NCBI GenBank assembly: GCA_023920165.1
Contig: CP089279.1
Location: forward strand, 186,001 to 250,000
Reading direction: 5' to 3'
Source of the DNA: Curvularia clavata
Lineage: Eukaryota
Length of the DNA stretch: 64,000 bases
Part shown: positions 36,440 to 49,817 of the stretch, piece by piece
How the letters are laid out: every line of letters starts with the position of its first letter
How positions within the stretch are numbered: position 1 is the first letter of the stretch
Position numbers and translations under genes: made by a program
Notes under the pieces: generated by a model
Told to the model about the DNA's origin: nothing
What the model saw: the letters and a program-made list of their open reading frames with translations, nothing else
Database searches by the model: none

Positions 36440-38602
36440 TTAAACAACCAGCTCTTCGGGATTAGGCGACTGGCTCTCCCTGGGCTTCGACAACTCAAAG
36501 CTCAGAATGGTATGGTTCATATAGTACATCAAAACACGCCATCTTCTCGGCTGATCCACACCTTGCTCAGGATCGATGATTCCTGCTGTCTCTTCTGGCT
36601 TATCGAACATGCCCTGGATCGGAGACACCGCCACACCAACCAGCCGTTCAGTCGGAACATCTGCAATTTCGTTTTCCTTTTCTGCTTTGAATGGTAGTAG
36701 ATACTCGAGTTTAAAGCTATATCGTCGACGTGGATTGCCTTGATCTTTGGTCCAGTAGAGTGAAAACACGGCCGCGCGGCCAATTGGCGAACCGATGATG
36801 AAAACACCCAATTCAGGAATTTGCGAAAAGAAACAATGCCGGTCTTGGGGTGCGAGCGATGGCACCCATTCACCAAGGTGCAGTGGACGCCGCATTGAGA
36901 CAGTATGCTTACTTGCTCTGAAGGGACTTTGTACCAGAAAGATGTCTTCCTTTGTGAGAATTACGAATGGATCTTCCAATTCCTTATCTCCAGGCTGCAG
37001 CGAATCAGCTTTCAACTTGTAATGTTAGACATAGAAATGCTGACGTACGTCGCGACTAGACCGTTCAATTGCGCAATAAGGCTTCCCAGCCGATGCGACA
37101 GTTCCCAGTACTTTGTTAGCACGCCACAGACTATCCTGGTAAGGTTGCTGTGATGCATCATCTTTGTTAGCACTTATAGGTCGTGGAACAAGAGGTTGGC
37201 GCAAGTACTGGTCATCTCCAAAAGAAAATCAGTGATCACTTACGTATTGAGCAGAACCTTCCTGTGTGTAGTCAGATGGCTGTTCTGCTTGCGTTTGCTC
37301 CTCTAGAGATTCGGCTCCATCATCGTCCACATCGCTCAATTCGTCATCGCTTTCACCAAGCACAAAATTCGACATGGACGGGTTGTGCGTTTCAGCTGTG
37401 AACCACTTCTTTTGAGCGGTGACATCCAGAAAGCAGTCTGGCACATCCTCGGGTTCCAACGCCTTTTCTTCTGCGGATGACAAATAGTGTGCTGATCTTG
37501 CATCCAATGGTATTGTACCCCAGGCTCCATGGAGCACGCTTGAGGCAGACAGACAAGTGCATGTAAACCCATTTATCCCATACCAAGGTGTGATGGAGAT
37601 GTCCTTAGCACTCGTACACCATCCGAATTGGTAAGTGACTGCCTTTTGCTTTAGATGGAGATCCCACAGTATCGTCTGGCCGTCGATGCAGCTACTCAAG
37701 AGCCAGCGGCCAGAAGAGTGATAGAATGACAATGAAGGCAGGTTGTTGGTTGTGTAGAGTTGGAAAATATTTTCGTTCCGTCTACAGAAAGGAGACTGCG
37801 GAGTAGACTTGAACGACTCATGAGTGTTGTTCGTTGACATATCTGCTGCTTGGGTGTGCTCTGCGAGTGCATACGCGATGATGGTGATTTTGTGCGTGTT
37901 AGCACTAATCGCGATAATCCGAGCATCTCGATGTACGGCTAGGCCCCATGCGCTTGCACCGACGTTGCGATGGAGGAAGACATGGACATCGTCCTCACTG
38001 GCGGGCTCATTTGGGTTGTTTCGTCGTTGAAGCGCCCGATGGATCGTCACCGTGCGGTAACCAATGACATCGCCGTCATCGCAAGCGACAAGAAGCACTT
38101 CTTCGTTACCAAGGTATTCAACGAGAATGCGATTGACGGAGTGAGGCTCCAGAGGATCGATACCGAACCCACGGACACCTGTGTCGGGTGGATGTAAGGT
38201 CAGGACAGGGTCAGCGGTCAGCGTTTGGCCCGGAAACTCTGGTTCGTAAACATGTATGCTTGTTGTGGAAGCAAGAAAATATAGGTTGTATCGCCGCGAG
38301 AGTGCAGTCAAGTCGCAACGCCATGAAGACAACCTCGGGGGTTGGGTATGATAGGAAAACTGATTCAAGTCAGCATGCTGCCGATTCCGCTTAGTGGATG
38401 ATCAAAGTCGGTGTGATCATGAGCTGGCTCAAATTTGTCCCGCAATATCTTTCTGAAGACTATTGTCTTTTACCAAGCTTAAACATTGCTGTTTGTTGCT
38501 TAGGCAGGTGACAGCTGCATGCCGATGGCGAGCAAAGTTCAAACTCACGCGCTGTTCTGCATTCTGTTTGCTGGTCGGGATGCAAGCGATATGTTTCTTC
38601 AT
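36440..38602 (-). CDS. crt10: CRT10-like WD40 protein
   Basis: WRCDLTALSRRYNLYFLA, VLLVACDDGDV, SAWGLAVH, ISANTHKIT, QIPELGVFIIGSPIGR and C-terminal RRWRVLMYY. Start inferred at ATG 38602 with an intron to ~38363 (uncertain). Confidence 0.75.
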
Positions 38603-39070
38603 GGTATATGCTGCATGCTGACTCGGACCGGCAATTCCAGGGTGAAGAGTGTGTCGCCAGGCTGGTGTTGAACAAGCTGGGTGGATTGCTTCTGTGACGT
38701 GAGCTAGTGCCGAGCGCCGCTTCCTGATTGGACGACCCTTGTGTTGGTACGCCAAAAGCTACTTCCCCGCGCAGGCGTAGTGCAGCATGCGCAATCCGCC
38801 CGACTGGCATTTTTAGTAGCTGGGACTGCACTGCATCTAGTGTACACAGTCACGCAACGCACGTCAACCACAGGCATTCGAAAAGAGGCAAAGTATTCTC
38901 CATTTCGGACATTAGTTTTCTATTGTACCAACAACGTCATACCAAAACAGTATAGAGTGATGATGGTGGTGCTCTACCGTGACACCAAAAAGTCTAGGGC
39001 CATCTTCGGGACATTTGCTTAGATCGTAGATTAAACATGACACCCCATAGAGCAATTGTCCGAACGCCGT

Positions 39071-40323
39071 CTAATGCTTGGCAGTGACCTTGTCACCAGT
39101 GAGCTTCTCAACAGCCTCCTTGGCACTGCAAGTCTGTTAGTAAATTGGGGCGCAATGTGGATAGGGAATAGGACGTACACATCGCCCAAAGCAACCATGC
39201 AAACCGTCTGCCAAACGCCAAGACCAATTCTAGGAGTAACGCCGCGGTAAAGACCCTTGATGCCGTTGTTCGAGTAAATGTACTTGAAGGCCGAGGCAAC
39301 ATTCAGATTCTTGGGGCGGTTGGGGTCAACAGTCTTGGACTGCAGCTCCACGCGGATGACCTCAATGGGCTGGTTCCACGCGCTCAAACCACCACCCAAG
39401 GCCGAAGCAGTGATCTTCTCAATCACGCTCAGCTTTTCGCCGTGCTCCTTGTTGGTAACCTTTCGGATACCAGTCTCGGCGACACGAGACAGACCGAAGC
39501 GGGAACCCCAGTTGGTCACCTGGCGCACAGCGACGGCATTCACACCGCGGTTGATACCGCGGAGACCCTCGGTGCGCCAGATCTGCATAAAGGTCTCGAG
39601 AGTACCTGGGGGCTTGGCTCCAGTGGCAGCGACCTTGTGCTTTGTAATCTCGACCGTCTTCATGCAAGTGCAGAAGCCCATGGTGGCATAGGCCTGCGCA
39701 AGACCTCCCGTCATTCCGCCAGAGATACCGGCGACAAAGTCAGGAGCGCCAAACGACTTTGCGTAGAATTCGGCCTCGGAGGCGACGAAGAGGAGGACGG
39801 CTCCTTTGGTGGAGGCTTCAATCCAGGCCCACGGAATGAGACCCTGGTAGACTAGAGATGGCGCTTGTCAGATGGTGGGCGGAGCATTGGGGGCGGATCG
39901 AGCACTCACAGCCAAGAACACCTCCACGGGCCCAAATGCGGCCTATGGCTCCCGCGAAGCCCTCAGACCTGTTGGCAGCCATGGTAGTCTTGATGACCTC
40001 CAACGGCTATTCTCAATTGTCAGCGTAATTCGGTTTCGAGAGGCGGCTGTGGAGCCGGCATACCTGTCCCAGAGATGTCACTCTGATGTGTCGTCAGCAT
40101 AGTCCGGTGAAACGTGGTAATCAGGGAGGGCTGTGTACTCACTCAAACAGATTGAGACCAGCACCGACTGTCGGGTTACAAATCAGCATGGGTTTGGCAG
40201 AGCATGTTGTCTGTGTGTCCTGGACAACTCACGCAGCAAATTGCTAAACTTGACCGGCTTCTTCTCGAGCTTGGGCGCAGCGTTGCCCATGACAGGGACG
40301 CCGGTTACGGGTGTGGAACTCAT
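39071..40323 (-). CDS. yhm2: Mitochondrial citrate/oxoglutarate carrier Yhm2
   Basis: LEKKPVKFSNLL|LGAGLNLFE|VTSLGQ|PLEVIKT, GLIPWAWIEASTKGAVLL, RQVTNWGSRFG, WNQPIEVIRVELQS, GLYRGVTPRIGLG. Confidence 0.93.
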
Positions 40324-41111
40324 TCTCTGGGGATTTCTTGTCGAAGATACGGGGCCTGACCAAGGCAAAAGGGTGCTCCGTCGCAAGTAAAAGTAGTGTC
40401 AAGTGTGTGGAAAAGGAGACGAGGGCGCAGCATGGAAAAAGACTATATGGAGTTGCAAGGTGGTCTGTGTTGCTGTTGACCGCCGACCGGCGCTATAACG
40501 GGAGTCGTTCCTGAGGCTGTCGGGTCCTTGGCGCACTCCCGCCCGTACTCGTGCTCTAGCTGACCCTTGCGCCCGCTGGCGTCCCGGGAATGCCCTACAC
40601 CAAGCTTTGCTTTTTTGCGTGCAGATCGCACAGACTGCACAAATTGCCGTGTCCTTTTGGCGCGCTTGTATTGATCAAAATTCAAGGGGACAGGATCCAT
40701 GGACAATGTTTGCAACCCGTCGTCTTCTTTATCGGATGCCAGATGCCGCCGGTGCCCCTCCCCCAGTCAGCCCAACAACAATCCGCGTCGGTTCCCCATC
40801 GCTCAACGAAACTCCACGCACGCGGGCGCACCCCGGTGTTCCGGTTCGTTTTCTTCTTAGGTTGCTTTTTGCTTTGCTCCCATTGGACACGCCACATGCA
40901 TTCGGTGCATTTTGGCTACGGCCGCGGTCTGTTCACCGTCACTTTCAACATACTACTAGTACTCGAGACAAAAAGAGCGTGGTGCAATGGCGCCGTAGCG
41001 CCTTCATTTCCTATCTTTACATTTCATAATTTACAAGGGACTAGGTATCTCTGAATCTCAAGTAAACTCCTCCACATTCTCAAAAAGGTGAGACACGCAG
41101 TCACAACGTGC

Positions 41112-42696
41112 TTACAACTGAGCACCAACGAGCTTGGCGTAGGCCTCGGTGCTGAAAGACTTGGGCCTCTCAATGGGGGCGCCGACGGCACGGTCAATGA
41201 TGAGCTGGGGAAGCACACCGAGCGCACGCGACACACCAAAGAGAACAGTGTAGTAGTTCTGCTCAGTGAGGCCGTAGTACTGGAGGAGGACACCAGAGTG
41301 GGCATCGACGTTGGGGTAGGGGTTCTTGGTCTTGCCGTGCTCAGTGAGGACACCGGGGGCAATCTTGTACACCTGGCTGACGAGCTTGAACATGGGGTCG
41401 TCGGGCAGGTGCTTCTGGGCAAACTCGCGCTGAGAGACGTAGCGGGGGTCAGTCTTGCGGAGGACAGCGTGGCCGTATCCGGGAACAACCTGGCCGGCCT
41501 TGAGGGTAGACCAGAGGTAGTCCTTGATGGCCTGGTCGCTGAGGTCGTTGCCAATGGCCTTCTTCATCTTCTGGAGCCAGACGAGAACCTCCTGGTTAGC
41601 CAGTCCGTGGAGAGGACCAGCAAGACCGTTGAGACCAGCAGCCAGGGACAGGTAGGGCGAGCTGAGGGCGGATCCGACCAAGTGGGTGGTGTGGGCGCTG
41701 ACGTTGCCACCCTCGTGGTCGGTGTGGATGGTAAGGTACAGACGCATCAGCTCAACAAAGTCCTTGTTCTCGGAGAAACCGAGCTGGTGGGCCAGGTTGA
41801 ACGAGTAGTCCTTGTCCTTCTGGATGGGAGCGACCTTGCCGTCCTTGTAGACGTTGCGGTAGATCTTCGCGGCGAGGGTGGGGAGCTTGGCAATGAGGTC
41901 CATGGCATCCTCGAAGGTGTGCTCCCAGTATTGCGACTTGTGCATGCCCTTGGCGTAGGCCTTTGCGAAGTTGGACTCGTGCTCGAGAGCGGTAACGGCG
42001 AGGGAGAATTGAGCCATGGGGTGGAGGTCGCTGGGGCAGCGGTCAATGAGCTCCTCGACAAACTTGGGCACATCGGAGCGGGCAGCCCACTCGGCAGAGA
42101 GGTCGCGGACCTGCTGCTCGGAGGGGACCTCGCCGGTCAGAAGGAGCCAGAAAAGACCTTCGGGCAGAGGCTCCTGGCCACCAGGGGCCTTGGGAAGGAG
42201 CTGCTGGCATTCGGGGATCTGATGCGTGTTAGCGCTGCATCTGTGTGCGCCGGGGTGAAAATGAAATGCCATGACGTACAGTCTTGCCGCGGAAACGGAT
42301 ACCCTCCTCAGAGTCGAGGACGGAGCCCTCCCAGACGAGTGACTTGATGCCACGGGCACCACCGTAGACCTGGTCGAGGGTGACCTCGCCGATGACCTTG
42401 TTGCCGTGCTCCCTGGGTTATGATGTCAGCCTCGCAACGCATTGGAGCACATGGAGCAATGGGTACAACATACTTGCGGAGCTTCTTGATCTTCTCAATC
42501 TCGCCAGGCAGCTTGTTGGCGAAGGTCTCCTTCAGCGACTGCAATTGATTCTGTCAGCGGATGCAATGGCTTGGGGACGGTACTCGGCGGGTCGTACAGT
42601 AGTCTTGCTGGAGTAGCAGCGGAGGCCATTGAAGGCCGTGGTCCGCAGGGGAGTGGCGGCGCGGAGGGCGCTCGACAGGCGTAGAGCAGAGGCCAT
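41112..42696 (-). CDS. cit1: Citrate synthase, mitochondrial
   Basis: Presequence [12 protein letters not shown].., [50 protein letters not shown]; strong C/G-ending codon bias. Confidence 0.97.
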
Positions 42697-42826
42697 TGTG
42701 ATGAAGTGTGAAGAGATGATAAGAAGTCGGATGGGGTGGGAAGGAGTTAAAAAGGTTGCGTCGGATCGATGCAAGAAAATACTGGTGGAGCTCAGCACGG
42801 TCTTCGTCATGGCCGCCCGCACCGCA

Positions 42827-42839
42827 CCCCCCCCCCCCC
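42827..42839. repeat. Poly(C)13 tract upstream of cit1
   Basis: Read directly. CCAAT/ATTGG boxes lie nearby at 42945, 42993 and 43126. Confidence 0.85.
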
Positions 42840-43776
42840 ATGGCATGCAGCGCAGCCACAGAGGGCGGCGGCCATGGTTCGGAGATCCCTCACTTTCCGG
42901 CGTTCAACAATTACTTAATGCCAGGAACAAGACGCGGCGACGCCCCAATTGCCTGTGGGCTTTGTGCAGGCGGTGAGCGTCCCATGCGAGCCATTGGCTT
43001 CTCATTGTGCGTGGGCAATGCCATGGCTGATACAAATTCCACGAGGGCCGATGTGCCTATGTACTGTATACATTGCTAGTTTGGAACAAGCAAGGCCGCC
43101 GGCAGAGCCATCCAAGCCATCCATGATTGGGACCGGCCATGTGGCCGGGGCTCGAGACTGCGTGCTGTCGAGTAACACGGGAGATAATCTTTTTTTTTCA
43201 CAGGCGGTTCCAAGACCCGAGGCATGTTGTCATGCTGCGTGCATCATCCGGCTTGCATCCTGGACGCAGGGCTGCTCGAGACATGCATGTACTAGTACAC
43301 GCACTGGGGCTAGGGCCGAGGTCACGTCACGTGCGACGCTAGCGCACTTGTCAAACCTGCGCTTGTGCAAGTTACACGCCCGCCCATCTTACTTGCAACT
43401 GCGCCCTGGACGTAGAAGACCACTACCACCACCACCATCACTTGCGGCCTGTATCCGCTGCTTCACTTGACTCCCTGGCTCGCTGCGACTCTTGCGCTTT
43501 GTGGTGAAATCGCTTGCGCTGTCGCTTCTCGCCGCGCGCTCGTGTCCTAGCTTGACTTGCACAACAAGAGACAGCTCAGCACTCCTTTCATCTACAGTCT
43601 GCCTGCTACCTACCTAGATCCTCTCACTTTCGTCACCGTCTTGTGGGTTTCACTAAAGTCTGCTGCGTGTTTGCCATCACGCCTCTCTCACCACACCCTT
43701 CACCCCCTTGGCGCATTGCCCAGGGCTCTCTTTTCCTTTCGCATCAAGTCTCTGATCTGGCACATTGAACGTAGTC

Positions 43777-46021
43777 ATGGCAGCCATGGACGAATTAGGC
43801 ACACAATTGCAATCACTACAGGCCCTCAAGCCCCCAGGCGTCACGCCCACCAAGATCAAAACCATCACGCAACTATGCGTTGAGAACATCCAGGTATGCC
43901 AGTCGCCACGACCTCGTCCACCACCTCCGCGCGCTTCGGTCATCATACTAAGGACTTGAACCCGCTTGTAGTCCCACCCCGTTATCGTCCAGAAAATCGC
44001 CCAGCAGCTTCAGAACAGCGCCGCTACACATAAGCTAGGAGTGCTATACGTCGTAGATGCAGTCGCCCGTCAGTGGGTCGAGAAGGCCAAACAAGCCGGT
44101 CAGATCGTGTCTAAGAACGCTGTACCAGGCACATTTGCTTCCGGCTTACAGATGATGCGAGATGTGCTACCGGCCATGATGATGAATCTCATCCAGTCTG
44201 CCCCAGCAACTCAGAAGGAGAAGATTCACAAGCTTATAGACATCTGGGAGCGCGGACAGACTTTTCCACATGACATGCTGGCGCACTTTAAACAGCAGCT
44301 GAACGGTGGTCAAAGTAGTAGGTAAAGACATACTCGTGCTCTTGCTTCCAGCTAACGCACGGTAATCCAGGCGTACAGGTGCCCTCAGAACTGCCCAAGA
44401 GCAATGGGACAGCCCCAGCCTTCAACGCACACACTGCTAACCCACAGCTACCTGCCCCGCCGGCTCAAGCACAATCGTCACAGGATACTAATGCTCTCAT
44501 TGCTGCCCTCGCTGGCATGACCCAGCAAAATGCACCTACTAACGCTCCACCTGCAGCACCTCCCGCTTTTCCTTTTCAACAGAACATGGTACCACCTCCA
44601 CCCCCTGGTTTTGTGCCACCTCCGCCACCTGGCGTGACAGGACAGCCTAGTTTGCCTATACCCCCTCCTGGAATGAATGAACTTGCAAGCCAGATTTTGC
44701 AGGCCATGAGCACTGGCTCTATCCAGCCTGATCAGGCGATACAGGTACTAAATGCATTGGCCACAGCTCAGAATGGCGGATTGTCTGTGCCATCTTTACA
44801 ACCTCCAGTGGCTACGCATACACCTCCACAGATGCATTCAATTATAAACAACGGTACTCAAGCAGACCGATATGACCAACCCGACAGTAGAATGCGAGAC
44901 CGGAGCCGATCGCCTGACTATCAACGTCGACGATCGCCTGCGCCTAGGTCTCCACCAAACCCCAATCGCCGCGAGAGTCCAACTTATGGTGTTTACGACC
45001 CAAATGCAGGCCCTGAAGGCAACACGCCACGCTTTGACCGAGGTGAGCGCGGCCGTGGCCGTAGTAAGCAAAAGGGAGGCCGTAATGATCGTAATGAATA
45101 CCGGCAACGCTCGCCACTACGACGACAGCCCAGCCCCCCTAAAGCTGCCTATGGTCAGTCAAAGTATATTGAATGGGATGATACCCTTCCGCGCGATCAC
45201 ATCAGAGTGCTTAGTCGTACATTGTTTGTAGGCGGTGCTGGCGGAACAGAAGGTGAGATCCGGAGCATCTTTTCTCGCTTTGGTAGAGTCCAAACGTGCA
45301 TTGTCAACCAAGATAAGCGACATGCTTTTGTCAAAATGTTGACTCGTCCTGATGCTGTTGCCGCTAAGCAAGGCATGGATAGTCTCAATGACCCTGCCGC
45401 ACAGTCCAAGGCGCGCCAGGTAAGGATGCAATTCTTTTAGTAAGACAAGTCACTAACCATTGTAGACCCGATGGGGTGTTGGTTTTGGTCCTCGTGATTG
45501 CAGTGACTACCAAACGGGTATCAGCGTGATTCCCATTTCTCGTCTCACCGAGGCTGATCGTAAATGGGCATTGACTGCCGAGTATGGCGGAACCGGCGGT
45601 ATGGCTCTGGAAGGGGGTATGGTGATTGAGGAGCCGGATATCGAGATTGGTGCTGGCGTTTCCTCCAAGGGTATGCTCGATTCTTCATTTCGAGAGACGG
45701 TGCTAACAAGCTGCAGCTATTAGCCGACGTGTACCCACTGATGCCCCTCGTGGCGGGCGCGGCGGATATGGAGGACGTGGAGACCATGCTGGACGTGGTA
45801 ATGCCAATGGACGTGACAACATGAACGAGCGCGCAGATTTCGGAGCCAATAACTTTGGCGGCGGACGCGGAGGGCCTGAGAACGCCGGCCAGCAAAAGTT
45901 CCGCAAGCACGACCGAGGAAACCACCACGACCCCCGTCATGTCTCTCCTCGAGCGGACCAAGGTGTTGCAGTTCCACCTGCCGTGCCTGGTTTCGGCTTC
46001 CAGCTTCCAGGCTTCTCATAA
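43777..46021 (+). CDS. nrd1: Nrd1/Seb1-type CID + RRM RNA-binding protein
   Basis: CID (LKPPGV...KI, HKLGVLYVVDAV, KLIDIWERGQTF), RS-rich linker, RRM HIRVLSRTLFVGG..KRHAFVKM, RWGVGFGPRDCSDY, EEPDIEIGAGVSSK. Confidence 0.93.
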
Positions 46022-46562
46022 CATTCACCACATTAATCGATACTTATTCTGGTAACTATACCACTGGGGCTATGCGAAGTGAGGATTGAGACAGTGTCTC
46101 CCTTTTCTACGCACAACATCTCAAGCCCGGGATTCCTTATATGGATTCATTCGGCCAGTTTCCGACTTACATATACCCTTTTCCCTGCGTCCTACCAAGT
46201 AACATTCTATCCTAAGGCTTGCGTCCTCCAGTGGTTCAAAAAGAATATAATGCTTCAGATGTATCTTCAGAGCATTGCAAGGCGTTGTGGCGGCTAGTGC
46301 AGATTCTCTTCGTTGGTCACTATGCATGACTGTGGCTTTTGTGTCGATTTATCTCCATAATGAATAGGTTGGCCTCTTTTCTGTATTGGAAGCTTCAAGC
46401 GTGTAGAATGTATGTAAGCGATTATGAATAATGGTTATTGATGACTTGCGTCTACTCTCAAGGAATATTATTCAGCTACATGGTGATGGTGATGTTCTCT
46501 TCTCTTCGGAGCAGAAGAGATTCAACACTCTCACATACTAGAAAAACAACTATTCTTTTTGC

Positions 46563-48626
46563 CTACTTCCTCTTCGTCGCCGCACCCTTCTTCTCACTTC
46601 CCGTTGCCTGCGCCTGCTCCTTCTCCTTCTGCACCTTCTCCACCTTCTCCTTATCCGGCACCTTCAAGCTCTTGTCGCCATCCGGATGCGCCGCAAGCGG
46701 CTTATTCGCATCCTTCTCCTCGACCTCCTCGTCGTCACCGCCCTGCCCAAACTCATTGACACGGTTATAATCGACCTTGTACTTCCAAGTCTGGAAGAGA
46801 TAGACGAAGAAAATGACATCGTCGCGCAGTGTAGCGAGGCGGTGCAGGGTGGGCATTTTGATGGTGAAGGCGAAGAGATCGTCAATGAAGGTGTTGAGGA
46901 ACTTGTACGTCATTGCGCGGCCGGGCATGTGGGCGACGGACTGCAGGCGGTAATTGATGTAGAGGGCGGGAACCATCATGAGGAAGCCGTAGGCGTAGAC
47001 GGAACCGACAAGCGTCGTGATGATGAACGAGTACCATGACTTGTGGGTTTCGTACATGAGCGAATAGATGGCGTAGGCGACGAGTAGCGGGACGGCGACC
47101 ATGTAGAGGTACTTGAAAGCGATAGCGTCGTATTCTTCCGTCTTCTTCTCTGTTTCAGAGAGGACGTGCTTGTCTTCGAAGACGATGGTGTAAGGAAGCA
47201 GAGAGCCAGGCGCAGTTTGCCGCACACGCACATTGACGGACTTGGTGATCTTCCATGCCTCGATGGCTATGCCCATACCTTGACCGAACAGAATCATGTA
47301 TGAGGTGTTTTCGTTGTTGTCAATGAGGTAGAGCAAGATGACGCCCTGCATGAAGACGTTTGCGAGGATGGTACGGACAGAGGTACCGACGTTGTCCTTC
47401 TTCTTGCGCCAATGCTGTACGTCGTTCTTGAATGCGAGCATCTCGAAGATCATGTGCAGAACGGATACGACACCAGTGAGGGCCAGGAGGTATGAGTTGC
47501 TGTCAATAATGATCTCCTTGAACATTTCCATCTCGGAGCCATCGCCACCTCCAGGGGTGGACTGGCCAGCGGCCGCGGCTCGAGCATTAGCATTGAGGTT
47601 CTCATCGACAGCGGCGAAAAGGTTGAACTTCCAGTTCGCATAGTTGTTGAGCTTGACATGGAGCGGGATGGTGGTGACGGTTTCGTTCAGCTCAATCATG
47701 TCCTTCTTGAGCTGCCAAAAGGTGTTGGTAAAGACAATAGGATAGTACCAGCCGTGTTGACCCGTCTCATCTCGTGCGCCGGTAGCTTCCAGGGTGATGT
47801 ACTTTCGAGGGCCAGGATGTATGGTGGCGTACTGTATAGTGCCGGCGTCTGGAATCAGGGACACGGTGAAGTTGGGATGGTAGTAATTGGCCACAATTTT
47901 GGGCGCCTTCTTCTCCTCTTCCGTCTCCTCCTCGCTTCGTTCAGGCATGTCGCTCAACAAGTTCCTTGTCTTTGCAATCTTCTTCTTCGGCTGGTATTGA
48001 GACAATGGCCGGATGAAATGATAGGCCTTGGCGGGGTCGTAGCCTGGTTGCGTAGGATCAAGCACGCTGCCAGTCTGTGCCACATAGAAGTGAGCAAGTA
48101 GCGTCGCGTTGCGTTGTACCTCCTTGGGCACCTTGAACTCGGTATGGATCTCTCTGTTGTCATTAAAATCCCCGAACTTGAAGTTCTTCTCCTCAATCAA
48201 TAGCGATTCCCTCGGCATCGACGTGAGGGGAGGCATAGCGACGGATGCCGAGATGTACATGGCAATGTCCATTTCGGTACCGGCAGGCCACATGGGTGCG
48301 ACGGCATAGGGTATATGGCTCCATTGTACGCCTGGTGCGAGGGATTGCGGGCGCTGCTCCCAGGCAGGTATCACGATATTACCAGCGGGTTGGGCGACGG
48401 ATCCGGCTTGCCCAGGATTCGCGACAGGCGCAGTCTTGGGGGCTTGTGGCATGACATACTTCATGCCGGCCTGGACGAGCATAAAGATGCCTACGCTCTG
48501 GGCAATGGACGTAAGTACCTAGAGGCCGTGTTAGAAGACGATACATTGCAGCGTAGAGGGGAGTTTGGGGCGACTTGCGCTCTTGCCCTGCTCGGCCGGC
48601 GGAGCGGCTGCTTGTGCCTCTGGCAT
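46563..48626 (-). CDS. CLPTM1-family membrane protein (putative lipid scramblase)
   Basis: FEMLAFKND..HW, IEAWKITK, TEEYDAIAFKY, MMVPALYINYRLQSVAHMP, YKFLNTFIDDLFAF, RDDVIFF..Y..W.YKVD..RVNEFG. ATG at 48626 plus one intron. Confidence 0.92.
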
Positions 48627-49078
48627 GATGGCAAGGTGCGGAAGCGGAGTTCCGGCTTGAGCGGCTTGCTGCAAGAAACACCAGGAATAAATTGATCGAA
48701 GTCGCGATGTCTGGACAGATGGCCTCGGACGGCTGTTGAGAGGAATTGGAGTTCGCCAAGGCCGCGGGTTAGCGCCAGGGTCTAGCTACATGGGCCCAAG
48801 TGACGCCATGCGGCTACATGCATGCCTTTGGACATGGAGAAGCTCCACCGGGGCCAGGCATCAATGAGTCGAAGTATGGTCCTTTACCATGCTTTTTTTT
48901 CTTCTTCCGCAGCCTAGTTCTGACGACATAAGAACAGACGTCTTGTTCCCTTGACTTGCGACTTTAGAACCATTTGCAGCGCCTTGTGTTGCTACCCCTC
49001 CTCCGTGACATAGTCATTCATCAAAGCGTCATTCCGATCCCGGCTCTTCGTTCCGAACACCTACAACATTTCCACAAT

Positions 49079-49817
49079 ATGGCCAGCGTCGAGACACCGG
49101 CCAGCAATGGCACAGCCAAGCAGCCTGTTGTCTGCGTCTTGTACGTACAAGGTTCCCTTTTCATTCTTCTTTTCTTCCTGTGCTGACAACTATAGCTGCG
49201 GTGCGTCGAGCGGCACATCGCCTGTGCATATGGAGGCTGCCCGCTCGCTTGCACACGCCCTCCACAAGGCCAACATCAAGCTCGTGTACGGTGGTGGCAC
49301 TGTAGGACTCATGGGAGAAGTCGCCCGCACCCTCGTCTCGCTCTCAGGCCCCGACAGCGTCCATGGTATCATTCCCGCTGCCCTGACTCGGCTGGAGCAG
49401 AACCACGACCCTGAAGACCCCAACAACCACACCATCGACGAAACCATATATGGGCGCACTACAGTCGTCAAGGACATGCACACGCGAAAGCAGATGATGG
49501 CTCAGGAGGTCATCAAGGGCGGCCCTGGCGGCGGCTTTGTGGCTCTGTCGGGCGGCTACGGAACATTTGAAGAGCTCATGGAAGTTACTACATGGAACCA
49601 GCTGGGTATTCACAGCATGCCTGTTATCGTCTACAATGTAGACGGTTACTGGAGTGGTCTGATTGAATGGGTCAAGAATGCCGTCAGCAGTGGTTTTATT
49701 GCACCTACCAACGCCGGGATACTCTCGGAGGCCCTTACTTCTGACGAAGTCATCAAATGCCTGAACGAGTACGAAAATGCTCCCGGACGCTTCAATCTTA
49801 CTTGGGAAGAACAATAG
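49079..49817 (+). CDS. log1: LOG-family nucleotide phosphoribohydrolase (cytokinin-activating type)
   Basis: VCVF|CGASSG, LVYGGGTVGLMG, DMHTRK, LSGGYGTFEE..E..TWNQLGIH. Confidence 0.9.

Noticed and set aside
41088..42347. 419-aa ORF antisense to citrate synthase
   Set aside because: It mirrors the cit1 exon, is the expected by-product of strong codon bias, and has no recognisable motifs.
42697..42846. In-frame upstream ATGs extending Cit1
   Set aside because: The extension crosses a homopolymer tract and a pyrimidine-rich leader and would mask the presequence; it probably lies upstream of the TSS.
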